Assembly: GCA_963840455.1 (NCBI GenBank)
Contig: CAWIYV010000011.1
Span: 224,001-288,000 of the forward strand
DNA from: Nitrospirota bacterium
GTDB taxonomy: Bacteria; Nitrospirota; UBA9217
Length of the DNA: 64,000 nucleotides
Direction: 5' to 3'
Under the pieces are notes generated by a model. The model ran no database searches. It was given only the letters and a program-made list of their open reading frames with translations, and was not told the DNA's origin. A program made the translations under genes and the position numbers. Shown here one piece after another: positions 41,635 through 51,798 of the stretch. Within the stretch, counting starts at the first letter, position 1, and each line of letters begins with the position of its first letter.

Positions 41635-42555
41635 ATGCCGACAAAAACAAAGAAGAAGCCATCACCGCCTGCTGCCCCCGCCGGCCAGAAGCTCAAGCTC
41701 GGCCTTCCCAAGGGCAGCCTTCAGGAATCGACCTTCAAGCTCTTCGGCAAGGCCGGCTACCGCGTTCAGGTGAGCTCGCGGAGCTACTACCCAAGCATCG
41801 ACGACCCGGACATCGAATGCATCATGGTCCGCGCCCAGGAGATGGCGAGATACGTGGACAACGGCATCTTCGACGTGGGTCTGACCGGCAAGGACTGGAT
41901 CCTGGAACAGAACGCCGACGTCGTCGAGATCGCTGAGCTTCGCTATGCCAAGGGCGGGCTCAATCCCGTCCGCTGGGTCGTTGCCGTGCCTGAGGACTCT
42001 CCCATCAAGACGGTGAAGGACCTGATGGGCAAACGCGTCGCCACCGAGCTCGTGGGCTACACCAAGCGGTATCTGAAGTCGAAAGGAGTCACCGCGGACA
42101 TTGAATTCTCCTGGGGCGCCACGGAAGTGAAGCCGCCGAAGCTCGCTGACGCCATCGTGGAGCTGACCGAGACAGGCAGCTCGCTCAAGGCCAACAAGCT
42201 CCGCATCGTCGAGACCATGCTCGAATCCACCACGCGGCTCATCGCGAACAAGAAGGCCTGGCAGGACCCGTGGAAGCGGAAGAAGATCGAGAACATGGCC
42301 ATGCTGCTCCAGGGCGCCCTCGCCGCCGAGGAGAAGGTTGGCCTCAAGATGAATGTCCCGAAAAAGGCACTGGCGGAGATCACGAGCATCCTCCCGGCCA
42401 TGCACTCGCCCACGATCTCTCAGCAGACCGATCCGGCGTGGGTGAGCCTGGAGGTCATGCTCGACGAGAAGCAGGCCCGGAACCTCATCCCCCGGCTCAA
42501 GCGACGGGGAGCCTCGGGGATCATCGAGTATCCGCTCAACAAAGTGATCCCCTAA
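41635..42555 (+). CDS. hisG: ATP phosphoribosyltransferase, long form
   Basis: LPKGSL, G.TG.D, GATE, TG.SL.AN; C-terminal regulatory domain (SPTIS). Confidence 0.97.
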   Translation: MPTKTKKKPSPPAAPAGQKLKLGLPKGSLQESTFKLFGKAGYRVQVSSRSYYPSIDDPDIECIMVRAQEMARYVDNGIFDVGLTGKDWILEQNADVVEIAELRYAKGGLNPVRWVVAVPEDSPIKTVKDLMGKRVATELVGYTKRYLKSKGVTADIEFSWGATEVKPPKLADAIVELTETGSSLKANKLRIVETMLESTTRLIANKKAWQDPWKRKKIENMAMLLQGALAAEEKVGLKMNVPKKALAEITSILPAMHSPTISQQTDPAWVSLEVMLDEKQARNLIPRLKRRGASGIIEYPLNKVIP

Positions 42556-42627
42556 AACCTGCGGGCGGCCGATCTGGCCGCCCGTTGCATGTCTGACCCG
42601 CAGTTCGCCCTCCCGATGGGCCGCCCG

Positions 42628-43086
42628 TCACGAACGGCCGCCGGATGAGACTGAAGGTCTCAGGGGCATCATGTCGCCTTTCAGATGCAGCTCGGGGCGA
42701 TGGCGACGGGAAAGGGCCGCATCCTCCAGCGCCGCGTTTATAATGCGCCTCAGGACAGGGTGACTGACCGGCCGGGCAACGAATTCATAAGCACCGGCAT
42801 TGATCGCCTTCAAATAGGCTTCCACAGAGTGACGCCCGCTGATCATGATGACCGGAAGCTCCGGAACGAGCTTCCTCATGGAGACAATAAGCTCCCTGCC
42901 ATCCATGTCCGCAAGCCGGTCATCGATCACTGCAATGTCGATCCAGATGCCTTCCTGCAAGGCGGCGATCGCGGACCTGCCAGTCCTTCGTTCGATGGCA
43001 GCCGGGAAACCGCCTTTCCCCGCAAAGGCATGGGCAACGATCTTCGCCACGTACCCTTCACTATCGACAACAAGCATCACGCCCAT
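42628..43086 (-). CDS. Single-domain response regulator
   Basis: LVVD, AVIDD.L.DMDG, PVIMISG. Confidence 0.8.
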   Translation of the reverse strand: MGVMLVVDSEGYVAKIVAHAFAGKGGFPAAIERRTGRSAIAALQEGIWIDIAVIDDRLADMDGRELIVSMRKLVPELPVIMISGRHSVEAYLKAINAGAYEFVARPVSHPVLRRIINAALEDAALSRRHRPELHLKGDMMPLRPSVSSGGRS

Positions 43087-43130
43087 CTCTCCTCCCTGGC
43101 CTTCGTAATTCCCTGCCCGCCGGGCCTCCG

Positions 43131-44144
43131 CTATAGCGTCGTCTGAAGATCAAGATGGTCCTGTTTCATCATCTGCCGGAGCTTAGCGAGCCCCGAAGAC
43201 TCGATCTGCCGGACGCGTTCCCGCGTGACCCCGGACATCCGGCCGATATGGTCCAGGGTCTTCGGATCGTCGCCGCGAAGCCCGAACCGCAGTTCCAGCA
43301 CTTTCTGCTCGGTCTCATTCAATCCGCGCAGCCATTCATCAACAAGCTCGCGCCTGCCGGATTCGTGCGTTGCGACGGCCGGGGACACGGCATTCCCGTC
43401 CGCGAGAAGCCCCCCGAACGTTTCCCCATCCCCGTCCCCGATGAGCAGGTCCAGCGAATAGGTCCCCTGAACAACCTGCGACAGCCGTCGCACCCTGTCG
43501 ACCGTCACCCTCATGGACCGGGCGATCTCTTCAGGCATCGGCTCGCGCGCGAGCTTCATCGCGAGACGCTGCACGACCCGATTGTACTGTCCCAGGCGTT
43601 CCGCGACATGGACCGGCAGCCGGATGGTCCTTGACTGATTCACGATGGCCCTGGCAATGGCTTGACGGATCCACCAGATCGCATACGTGCTGAACTTGAA
43701 CCCGCGGCGGTACTGAAACTTCTCGACAGCGCGGATCAGTCCGAGATTGCCCTCTTCGATAATGTCCGCGAATAAAAGTCCCCGATTGATGTAACGTTTC
43801 CCGATGGCAACGACGAGCCGCAGGTTCGATTCGATCATCTTCGTCCGGGCCGCCTCATCACCCTGCTCGATCCGCTCCCCCAGCTCCTGCTCCTCCTCCC
43901 GCGACAGCAGCGGATACGTCCTGATCTCCTTGAGATAGAGCTTGATGGCTTCCAGATCGTCGTAGCCGCGCTCCCGTTGTTCGCCCCGCGCGTCGCCGTC
44001 CTCGCCGGCACCCTGCTCGACGGCCGGTCTTTCATGGTCTTCGTCATAGTCGTCCTGTTGATCGTCATCGACGTCATCAGCGGCCATTGCGGGATCCGGC
44101 CACTGATAGACAGATTCCTCCTCAAGTAGCATGGTTGTCTTCAT
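43131..44144 (-). CDS. Sigma70-family sigma factor (RpoS/group 2-like)
   Basis: YL.EI...[24 protein letters not shown]...[31 protein letters not shown]; short acidic N-terminus. Confidence 0.93.
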   Translation of the reverse strand: MKTTMLLEEESVYQWPDPAMAADDVDDDQQDDYDEDHERPAVEQGAGEDGDARGEQRERGYDDLEAIKLYLKEIRTYPLLSREEEQELGERIEQGDEAARTKMIESNLRLVVAIGKRYINRGLLFADIIEEGNLGLIRAVEKFQYRRGFKFSTYAIWWIRQAIARAIVNQSRTIRLPVHVAERLGQYNRVVQRLAMKLAREPMPEEIARSMRVTVDRVRRLSQVVQGTYSLDLLIGDGDGETFGGLLADGNAVSPAVATHESGRRELVDEWLRGLNETEQKVLELRFGLRGDDPKTLDHIGRMSGVTRERVRQIESSGLAKLRQMMKQDHLDLQTTL

Positions 44145-44189
44145 GCTGTTCTCCTCTCACGATCTCCCTGTCCGGTACATCTCCACGCT

Positions 44190-44576
44190 TCATTGCTGGC
44201 AGTTATGCAGTGGGTCGAGTTCGTTTCTGACCGTCGTAGCGATGGTCTTCCCGTCGAAGGGCTTTTCGATCCACCGGTTCACGCCGAGCGACGCCAGAAG
44301 CTCCACGGCCTTCCGGGAGCAATCGTCGGTCGTTACCATGATCGGCATGCCGGGTCTCTGCCGCCGGACCTGATCGATCAGTTCATACCCGTTCATGTCC
44401 GGCAGGTCAACCTCCGTGATCAGCATGTCGATCGGCCAGGACCGTACGATATCGAGCGCGCCAATGCCCGTGCCTGATGCATGCATCGAAACGCCCGGCA
44501 GCCTGCTTTGCAGGCAATCCCTCACCGCGTCAAGGATCCTGGGGTTATCGTCTACCAGTAGGACATTCTTCATCAT
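44190..44576 (-). CDS. Single-domain response regulator (D-to-E at the phospho-site)
   Basis: LLVDDN, LITEVDLP.MNG, EKPF. Confidence 0.85.
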   Translation of the reverse strand: MMKNVLLVDDNPRILDAVRDCLQSRLPGVSMHASGTGIGALDIVRSWPIDMLITEVDLPDMNGYELIDQVRRQRPGMPIMVTTDDCSRKAVELLASLGVNRWIEKPFDGKTIATTVRNELDPLHNCQQ

Positions 44577-44833
44577 TGGCCGCCTCCTCGGTTCTTGGGT
44601 TCTTGCGCATCATAATGGCCGTCATTCTTTAGAGAGAGGCTTCCGGTCCGGTCCTTTCCCCGATCGGCCAGTTCACCGGCATCCTCGGCAGCCCTTCGCT
44701 TGCAATAGAATAGACACATTTGGTGCCTGTCTATGGAACAGTAGTTTGTGTACTCGAACTCGCTCGGCTGATAGCTATACGATGAGGCCCGGCAGGCCGG
44801 GGCTTTTCCCTCGTCGAGGTAGCGGCATTTCAT
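44573..44833 (-). CDS. Small Cys/His protein, paralog B
   Basis: GGAGG RBS; C-x10-C-x17-C-x4-H-x2-C with YxPS.xE. Confidence 0.7.
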   Translation of the reverse strand: MKCRYLDEGKAPACRASSYSYQPSEFEYTNYCSIDRHQMCLFYCKRRAAEDAGELADRGKDRTGSLSLKNDGHYDAQEPKNRGGGQ

Positions 44834-44937
44834 GGTTCGTTCCTCCGTGTGCTCATGGTCCGCCCCCCTGGACCGTGCTCCTGCATCTTCCTGCCAGCCC
44901 GCTTCGCGGGCCTGCGCCGCCCCTGCCGGATAAGTGG

Positions 44938-45144
44938 TCAGTTCCCCGGATGTCGCCATACGTGCTCCTTTGTCCCGCTGTACTGCCGCTGCTGGTAGTT
45001 ATTACAGAGCGTATGCCAGGGGACCGAGCAGAACGATGCCCGCTCCGCTCCGCTGGGGATATAGGTGTCCCGGAGGGCAGCGCAGGACTTCATGTAGTTG
45101 CCGATGAAATAGGGACAGGTCACAGCATGATGCAGGTCCTTCAT
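44938..45144 (-). CDS. Small Cys/His protein, paralog A
   Basis: AAGGGG RBS; same C-x10-C-x17-C-x4-H-x2-C spacing. Confidence 0.7.
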   Translation of the reverse strand: MKDLHHAVTCPYFIGNYMKSCAALRDTYIPSGAERASFCSVPWHTLCNNYQQRQYSGTKEHVWRHPGN

Positions 45145-45166
45145 AACGGATCCCCTTTTGTCGGAA

Positions 45167-45283
45167 TGAATCCAGGAGCAAGCGCTAACCCAGTAGCTGG
45201 CTACGGGATTAGCGAGCGATTAGAATAAATAGTACTGCCCTGAGGATCGAGGATTCCCTCCAGCTTGATGCAGGGAGCTTCAA
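45167..45283 (-). mobile_element. ~115-bp two-hairpin element, copy 9
   Basis: Reverse-complement match; shows the uninterrupted GTACTATTTATTCTAATCG junction. Confidence 0.85.
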
Positions 45284-45384
45284 TGGTGAAGCGCGTTGTC
45301 CCGGCCTGCGCCCGGCACTGGCGGACGTGCCTGTATGCGCATTGTCAATGATGCAATTTTGATCTTTTCAAGGGAAAATCGCTA

Positions 45385-45445
45385 TAGGACGGGGATGAAA
45401 GATGGATAGGACGAAGGGAAAAGCACTGTAGGACCGGGTCTTACA
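45385..45445. promoter_or_regulatory. Phased TAGGAC repeats, candidate NarL-type regulator sites
   Basis: TAGGAC at 45385, 45407 and 45429 (22-bp period); the last is part of the palindrome TGTAGGAC-CGG-GTCTTACA. Confidence 0.6.
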
Positions 45446-45484
45446 GGAGACGGGCACAGAACCGTACCGGGTCATGCGGTAAGA

Positions 45485-46117
45485 TCATTCGAGCAGGTGG
45501 TGCTGGATCGCATACCGGGTGATGTCCGCGTTGTTCTTGAAGCCCATCTTGGACAGCACCCGCGACCGGTAGGTGCTGACGGTCTTGATGCTGATCGCGA
45601 GCTCCCCGCCGATATCCTTGGCGGTCTTGCCCATGGCAAGCATGCGCATGATCTGCAGCTCCCGGTCGGACAACAGTTCGTGCGGCGCCCGGTCCGCGGG
45701 CCTGCCGATGTCAATGGCCATGCGTTCTGCGAGAGTATCGCTCACATAGATGCCGCCTTCCAGGATCTTCGTGACCGCGGCGACCATGGCGTCGGCGGCC
45801 GTTTCCTTCGTCAGGTAGCCCGACGCTCCGGCCTTGAGCGCCCGAACTGCGTACTGTTCTTCGGGGTACATGCTGAGCATCAGCACCGGGAGCTTCGGCC
45901 GCTCCTCCTTGATGGTCTTGAGCACCTCGAGGCCCGTGTTCCCCGGCATGGAGATATCGAGCAGCACGAGCCGGTACGTGCCTTTCCGGATACAGGCAAG
46001 GGCCTCCTTGCCGTTCGCCGCCTCGTCCACGCCGTCGATGCCGTCCATCTCCTCCAGGATCTGGCGCAATCCCCGCCGGACGATCGCATGGTCGTCAGCG
46101 ATAAGCACCCTGGTCAT
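45485..46117 (-). CDS. NarL/FixJ (LuxR-HTH) response regulator
   Basis: IADDH..VR.G, LLDISMP, LS.RE, KTVSTYRSR. Confidence 0.96.
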   Translation of the reverse strand: MTRVLIADDHAIVRRGLRQILEEMDGIDGVDEAANGKEALACIRKGTYRLVLLDISMPGNTGLEVLKTIKEERPKLPVLMLSMYPEEQYAVRALKAGASGYLTKETAADAMVAAVTKILEGGIYVSDTLAERMAIDIGRPADRAPHELLSDRELQIMRMLAMGKTAKDIGGELAISIKTVSTYRSRVLSKMGFKNNADITRYAIQHHLLE

Positions 46118-49100
46118 GGGCGTGCCTCCTTCCCGCTTTCCTGGACCCCGTCCGGCGGCTGTTCGTCCGACGGGGCCGGCGATCCGGCCGGGAACGCTCC
46201 GCCGGTCGATTGCCGGGTTCCGGACAGCGGTATCGAGACCATGAGGGTCGTTCCCCGGCCCTTGCCGCCGCTGATGCTGAAGTCTCCTCCGAGGAACCGG
46301 ACGCGCTCCCGCATGCCCATCAATCCATAGGACGACGGATCGCCGGCCTTGCGGGCCGGAATGCCCTTTCCGTCATCCTGGACGGTCATGCGGAACCGCT
46401 CCCCCTCCAGGTCCAGCGAAACAACGACGTTTGTTGCCTTCGCATGCCGTGCCACGTTCGTCAGGGACTCCTGGAGCACGCGATAGATGACCGTGGACCG
46501 GGTGCGGTCCATCGTTATGGAAGGGGGCCGGGACAGGACCCGGCACGTCACGCCGCTCCGCTTCTCGAACTCCCTGGCCGCCCACTCAATGGCGGCCTGC
46601 ATCCCGAAGTCGTCCAGCACCGATGGCCGCAGTTCCGACGTGATCCGCTTGACCGAATCGATCGCTCCGTTGATCAGTCCGAGCATTTCCGTTGTCCGTT
46701 CCCGGACAGCTGCGTTCCCGGACGGATGGTTCCGCTTCAGCCATGCAATGTCCATCTTCAGGGCGGTCATGGCCTGCCCGAGCTGGTCATGGACCTCCCG
46801 TGCGATGTGGGCGCGTTCGCCCTCCCGGACAGCCTCGACGTGGGCCTGCAGGTTTCGGAGCTCGCTCGTGCGCTCCCCGACCCGCTGCTCCAGCTCCTCG
46901 TTCAGCAGCAGGAGCGCCTTCTCCGCCTGTTTGCGCGCCGTAACGTCGAGGACCTGCGACATGACCGAGGACATCTTTCCCGTATCGTCCTGTAGCACGG
47001 AATTATACCACTCGCAGTGAATGACCTGTCCGTACTTGGTATAGTTGCGATTAGCCGATGCGACCTTGCGGGACACGCCGTCGGTCAGCTTTTTTACGGT
47101 CTTCTCGACGATCGGGGCGTCCTCCTCGTAGATCATCTTCAGTTCCAGGATCGGTCTGCCGACCGTCTCCGCGGCGCTCCACCCGAAGATGCGCTCCGCC
47201 TCGCCCGTCCACCGGGTCACGATGAAGTTCCTGTCCCACTCGATCACGGCAAGCGGTGAATTCTCCGCATGGAACCGCAGGCGCTCCTCGCTCTCGCGCA
47301 GCGCCTGCTCGGCGCTCTTTATCTGTCGTATATCCAGGTTGATCCCGGCCCAATACTGCACCGCGCCTTGTTCATCCCGCACGGGAACGCCGCGGGCCAG
47401 GACCGGATACCATTGTCCGTCCACGCCGCGGAACCGGTGCTCGATGTCCCAGTTCCCCCCGGTGCGGACGCATTCCTTCCATGCGGCGATCGTTCGCTCC
47501 GCATCGTCGGGATGGAGCACCTCGCCCCAGCCAAAGCTGGAACACTGTTCCTGCGTAAGCCCCACCAACTTCAGGAAGGAATCGCTTGCGTAGATGTTGC
47601 GGCCTTCAGGGTCGCAGATCCAGATGCCGAAATCGATACTCTCACCGATGGCGCGATAGAGCCGTTCGCTCTTGCGGAGCGACTCCTCAGCCAGCTTGAG
47701 CGCTGTGATATCCTGGACGGACACGGCGCATCCGACGATCTTTCCTTCGGAATCGCGGACCGGCGAGGCACTGTTGATGACATATGCATCGGACCCGTCG
47801 AACCTCCTGATCCGCATCACCTGTCCGGACACGATCTCGCCCCGTTGCACGGCAATGGCCGATGCCCATTCACCGGGTTGAACGGGCTTCCCCGTGTCTG
47901 CCCACCATGCCTGGTAAGCGGTATAGTCCTCAACGGACCGTATTGCCGGCCTAGGTCCGCCCCATATGAGGTCATATCCGCGGTTGGAACGCACATTGCC
48001 GCCCTGCGCATCGGTAATAGCCACGCCGACCGGCAGCGCCTCCATGACAGCCGCGAGAAGACGCTTCTCGTTCTCTGCAGCCTCGCGGGCCAGTTCCTTT
48101 TCCTCGGTCCGCTGTCGCAGCACATCCTCCGCATGCTTGCGCTCGGTGATGTCATAGGCGTAAATGCGCGCGACATTGAACTGGGGGGCAAGTAATATGA
48201 CCGCGCCGAAGACCCTCTCCTTGATGACGATCTCACGATACAGGGTTTTTTCTCGTGACCTGTCCCAACTTTCCAGAATATCTTTCAGATCCGGGGGGAA
48301 GAAGGCCACGACATTCGCCTCGTCCATCCCGAGGGCTTTCAGGGTCTTTACCATGGCCGGATTGAAGAAGGTGATCCTGCCGGAAGCGTCCACTTCCAGG
48401 ATCGGGTTCGGATTCAACTGAGGGAACGAAGCAAGATGCGCAGTCCGCTCCTCTATCCGCTTGCGCTCGGTGATGTCGCGGCTGAAAAAGGCCACTGCTG
48501 TAATCTTCCCTGTGTCGTCGCGCACGGGATACACGGTATGGTCGAAGATCATGCCCGCCCGTTCGTCTTCGAAGCGGACCGGACCGCCGGTGCGCACAAC
48601 GTCTTCAACCTTCTTCTTGCGTGATGCCGCCAATTCAGGGCCTATCAAATTCTGCCATTTCGTCCCGACAACTTCATCGACATGCATACCCAGCCGCTGG
48701 GCGGCAGTGGCATTAGCCGCAAGGATATCGCCCTGAAGACCAAACAGCCAGATGGACTCGTCAGCGGCATTGATGAGCGCACTGGCCTTCAACTCATGGT
48801 CCCGCAGGGCCTTTTCGGACAGCGTGCGCTCCGTAATATCGGTGATCGCATTTGCGAAACGGTTGTACCCGGCCGGAAAAGACAGGACATGGTGGTACCG
48901 CCGGGTGAACTTTGCATAGGCCTCGAATTCCACCGATTTCTGATTGGCGACCACCGCCGCGAACCGCGGCAAGTATTCCGGAATGGCTTCCGGGGAAACA
49001 TCGCTCATGCGGCTACCCACGATACGTTCGCGGGGTACACCCGTATGCTTTGTATACGCGTCGTTCACCTCCAGCACGCGCCAGTCCACGGGCTTGCCAT

Positions 49101-50136
49101 GATTATCATACAGCAGCTCATAGAGCGCGAATCCCTCCGCCATGTTCTCGAACAGCAGGCGGTATTTTTCTTCGCTCCTGCCAAGCGTCTGCGCAGCATT
49201 CCTGCGCTCGGTGATATTATCAAAGACCGCCGTAAAGTGGTCCCGCTCCGTACTGTACACCGAGATGGACAGCCACATTTCCAGCGGCTTGAACTCGATC
49301 TCGAACTTTTCGATCCTGCCGGTCGCGGCAACGCGTCCGTAGGTCTCCAGCAGTTCCGGATGGGACTCCCTGATCCCGGGGATCACGTCGGTGGCCCTCA
49401 TGCCGACCACGTCCTTCAGGCCGGTCAGCCGTTCGAATGCGCTGTTGACGGAGAGATAGACAAAGTCCACTGGCCGCCCGCTCCTGTCATATACCATTCT
49501 GCAGTATGCGTAGCCGTCCAGCATGTTCTCGAACAGCGACCGGTAACGCAGTTCGCTTTCCTGAAGAGCTGCCTTCGCATTCCTTCGGCCGGTGATGTCG
49601 CTGATCGCCGTCCGGACGGCTACGGCCTTCCCGTCAGGGTCTTCAACGGCAATGCTTTCGAGCAGAGCAAAAAAATCGGTCCCCTTCCTCCGTTTGAGCC
49701 TGATCTCGATCGACTGCTTCGTCCGTTCCTCCGATACCTCGGAGCAATGCCGCTGGAATGCATCTCGGTCGTCCTTGGAAACGAAGGCCGAAAAGGGCTT
49801 CTTCACCAGGGAACGCCTCTCGATGCCCAGCAGGTTGGCAGCGGTGAGATTGACCTCGCGGACCACGCCTGCCTTGTCGAAGGTGAGATAGCCGACCGGC
49901 GCGAAGTCGTAGAGGTCGGCATATCTGTTGCGTGATGCCTCAAGCTCTTCCTGGGTCTTGCGCAGCTCCTCGTTCTGCATCTCCAGCTCGATCTGGTGCG
50001 TGCCGAGTTCGTGGACCATGTCGCGCGTTCCCCTGGCGGAGAGCTTCTGAGGCCGCTCCAGTTGCGTGCTGAGCTTTTTTTCCGCTTTTTTGCGGAGGGC
50101 CGCGACGTTGCCTGGCGCTGTTCTTGGTTTTTTCAT
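46114..50136 (-). CDS. Cytoplasmic multi-PAS histidine kinase (HisKA_3)
   Basis: About eight PAS/PAC repeats (DITERK); ER.HIAREVHDQLGQ; QESLTNVARHA; DDGKG; G..GMRER. Confidence 0.96.
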   Translation of the reverse strand: MKKPRTAPGNVAALRKKAEKKLSTQLERPQKLSARGTRDMVHELGTHQIELEMQNEELRKTQEELEASRNRYADLYDFAPVGYLTFDKAGVVREVNLTAANLLGIERRSLVKKPFSAFVSKDDRDAFQRHCSEVSEERTKQSIEIRLKRRKGTDFFALLESIAVEDPDGKAVAVRTAISDITGRRNAKAALQESELRYRSLFENMLDGYAYCRMVYDRSGRPVDFVYLSVNSAFERLTGLKDVVGMRATDVIPGIRESHPELLETYGRVAATGRIEKFEIEFKPLEMWLSISVYSTERDHFTAVFDNITERRNAAQTLGRSEEKYRLLFENMAEGFALYELLYDNHGKPVDWRVLEVNDAYTKHTGVPRERIVGSRMSDVSPEAIPEYLPRFAAVVANQKSVEFEAYAKFTRRYHHVLSFPAGYNRFANAITDITERTLSEKALRDHELKASALINAADESIWLFGLQGDILAANATAAQRLGMHVDEVVGTKWQNLIGPELAASRKKKVEDVVRTGGPVRFEDERAGMIFDHTVYPVRDDTGKITAVAFFSRDITERKRIEERTAHLASFPQLNPNPILEVDASGRITFFNPAMVKTLKALGMDEANVVAFFPPDLKDILESWDRSREKTLYREIVIKERVFGAVILLAPQFNVARIYAYDITERKHAEDVLRQRTEEKELAREAAENEKRLLAAVMEALPVGVAITDAQGGNVRSNRGYDLIWGGPRPAIRSVEDYTAYQAWWADTGKPVQPGEWASAIAVQRGEIVSGQVMRIRRFDGSDAYVINSASPVRDSEGKIVGCAVSVQDITALKLAEESLRKSERLYRAIGESIDFGIWICDPEGRNIYASDSFLKLVGLTQEQCSSFGWGEVLHPDDAERTIAAWKECVRTGGNWDIEHRFRGVDGQWYPVLARGVPVRDEQGAVQYWAGINLDIRQIKSAEQALRESEERLRFHAENSPLAVIEWDRNFIVTRWTGEAERIFGWSAAETVGRPILELKMIYEEDAPIVEKTVKKLTDGVSRKVASANRNYTKYGQVIHCEWYNSVLQDDTGKMSSVMSQVLDVTARKQAEKALLLLNEELEQRVGERTSELRNLQAHVEAVREGERAHIAREVHDQLGQAMTALKMDIAWLKRNHPSGNAAVRERTTEMLGLINGAIDSVKRITSELRPSVLDDFGMQAAIEWAAREFEKRSGVTCRVLSRPPSITMDRTRSTVIYRVLQESLTNVARHAKATNVVVSLDLEGERFRMTVQDDGKGIPARKAGDPSSYGLMGMRERVRFLGGDFSISGGKGRGTTLMVSIPLSGTRQSTGGAFPAGSPAPSDEQPPDGVQESGKEARP

Positions 50137-50510
50137 AGCTCGTTTCCGTTAACCATCGCTCTACGACCGGTCTTTTTCGTCATCGTTCATGCGGAGTTTT
50201 CTCATCCAGGGCGCGAAGCCTGCGGAGCTCTTCCGGATCGCTGTCAGCGTTCATTGCTCTCGCGCGTTTGTTTTCCAGGCCACTCTCCCCCCGGAATAAT
50301 GAGACCTTCTGTACGCGAGATCAGGGCCTGTGCGGGAGCAGGATCAAGGATGGTGCAAATTCCGTATTGAATTATAGTACGCGGTATGCCAAAAGTAAAC
50401 GTTTTCATCCTCGCTATCCCGGGTCAGCCGGGGGACGGGCGGATGAGCGATCCTGTGCCCTTCCCGGAGAGCGGCCGTTCACCGCCTGATGTCTCCGGGA
50501 ATATTTCCCC

Positions 50511-50539
50511 TTGACAGAAATTGTAGCGTGCGTTACACT
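50511..50539 (+). promoter_or_regulatory. Sigma70 promoter with an overlapping palindromic operator
   Basis: TTGACA-17-TACACT; TGTAGCG-TG-CGTTACA at 50522-50537. Confidence 0.75.
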
Positions 50540-50568
50540 CATATCATAAGTTACTTAGGAGGTGTGCC

Positions 50569-50787
50569 ATGAAGACCCTGTTCAGATATATGATCGACCG
50601 GTTGACCGAAGCAGCCATGCTCGAAGAGGGGGTCCAGCTCGAACCAGCCCCTGCCGCCGTTTGCGATCCCTTTACCGAATCGCTCGAAGAGAACCTTGTG
50701 GAGGTCGCCTTTGCCGAAGCAGCGGACTACGACGATATCCACACGGCGATCCTGAACGAGCACCTGCGGCGCTGCGCCGCCGCCTGA
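50569..50787 (+). CDS. Small acidic hypothetical protein
   Basis: AGGAGG RBS; first gene of the chr operon. Confidence 0.7.
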   Translation: MKTLFRYMIDRLTEAAMLEEGVQLEPAPAAVCDPFTESLEENLVEVAFAEAADYDDIHTAILNEHLRRCAAA

Positions 50788-50791
50788 TGCC

Positions 50792-51773
50792 ATGACCGGA
50801 AAACCATCCCCGGAATGGCTGCTGATCTTCTACAGCGTACCCGCGCACCCCGTGAGCGGCAGGATGAAGATGTGGCGCAGGCTCGCCAAGGCAGGTGCGG
50901 TGCAGCTCAAGGGCGCTGTCTACATCCTTCCGGCGAACGATGAGCACCAGGAGCTTTTCCAGTGGATCATCGGAGAGGTCAAGTCCCTCGGCGGCGACGG
51001 TTCTTTTGTGCGCACGCCGCGCATCGAGACGCTCAAGGACGCCGAGGTGCGGAGTCTCTTTAACGCTCAACGGGACGCGGAGTACCGGGAGCTGGATAAG
51101 CTCCTCGACGATATGGACCGCAAAGTTCAGAGCGCCCGCAAAGGCGCCGTGGGAGGGATCCGGGACAGCGTCGCCGGACCTCTGGCAACGCTCCGGAAGA
51201 CCTACGACGAGATCAGAAGCAGGGACTTCTTCGACGCCCCCTCGGGCAAAGCGACGGAGAGGCGCATCCGGTCCCTCGAAGCTCTGCTCAAGGGGCTGCA
51301 GGAGCCCGAGGCAAAGGAACACGGCCCCCTTGTCCGGAAGGATCCGAAAGCGTACCGCCGGAAGGTCTGGGTGACCCGCAAGCGGCCCTTCATCGACCGC
51401 ATGGCCTCCGCCTGGCTCATTAGACGCTTTGTGGACCCCGCGGCAATGTTCCGTTTCATCGACGAAAAGGATGCCGACAGGCTCTCGACGGGCGAGATCG
51501 CCTTTGACCTGCAGGGCGGCGAGTTCACGCATCATGGAGAGCTCTGCACCTTTGAGGTCCTGGTGCGGTCCTTCGGCATCAAGGACAAGGCCGTCAGAAA
51601 GATCGCCGAGATCGTCCACGACCTGGATGTGAAGGATGACCGGTACGGCAATTCTGCAGGAAGCGGCATCGAAGAGGTCCTGACCGGCATCAGGAAGACC
51701 GATCAAGGAAGACGCCGATATGCTCGAGAAAGGCATGGCCGTGTTCGAGATGATGTATCAATCCAGGACCTAG
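50792..51773 (+). pseudogene. chrB: Chromate resistance regulator ChrB, +1 frameshift near 51701 (possibly an assembly error)
   Basis: R...WRRL...GA; WVTR.RP..DR.ASAWLIRRF.DP.A.F; HG.LCTFE. The expected C-terminus (D..MLEKGMAVFE) lies in the next frame and ends at TAG 51773. Confidence 0.85.
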
Positions 51774-51798
51774 CACGCCCTGCAAGGGAGAACCGGTC

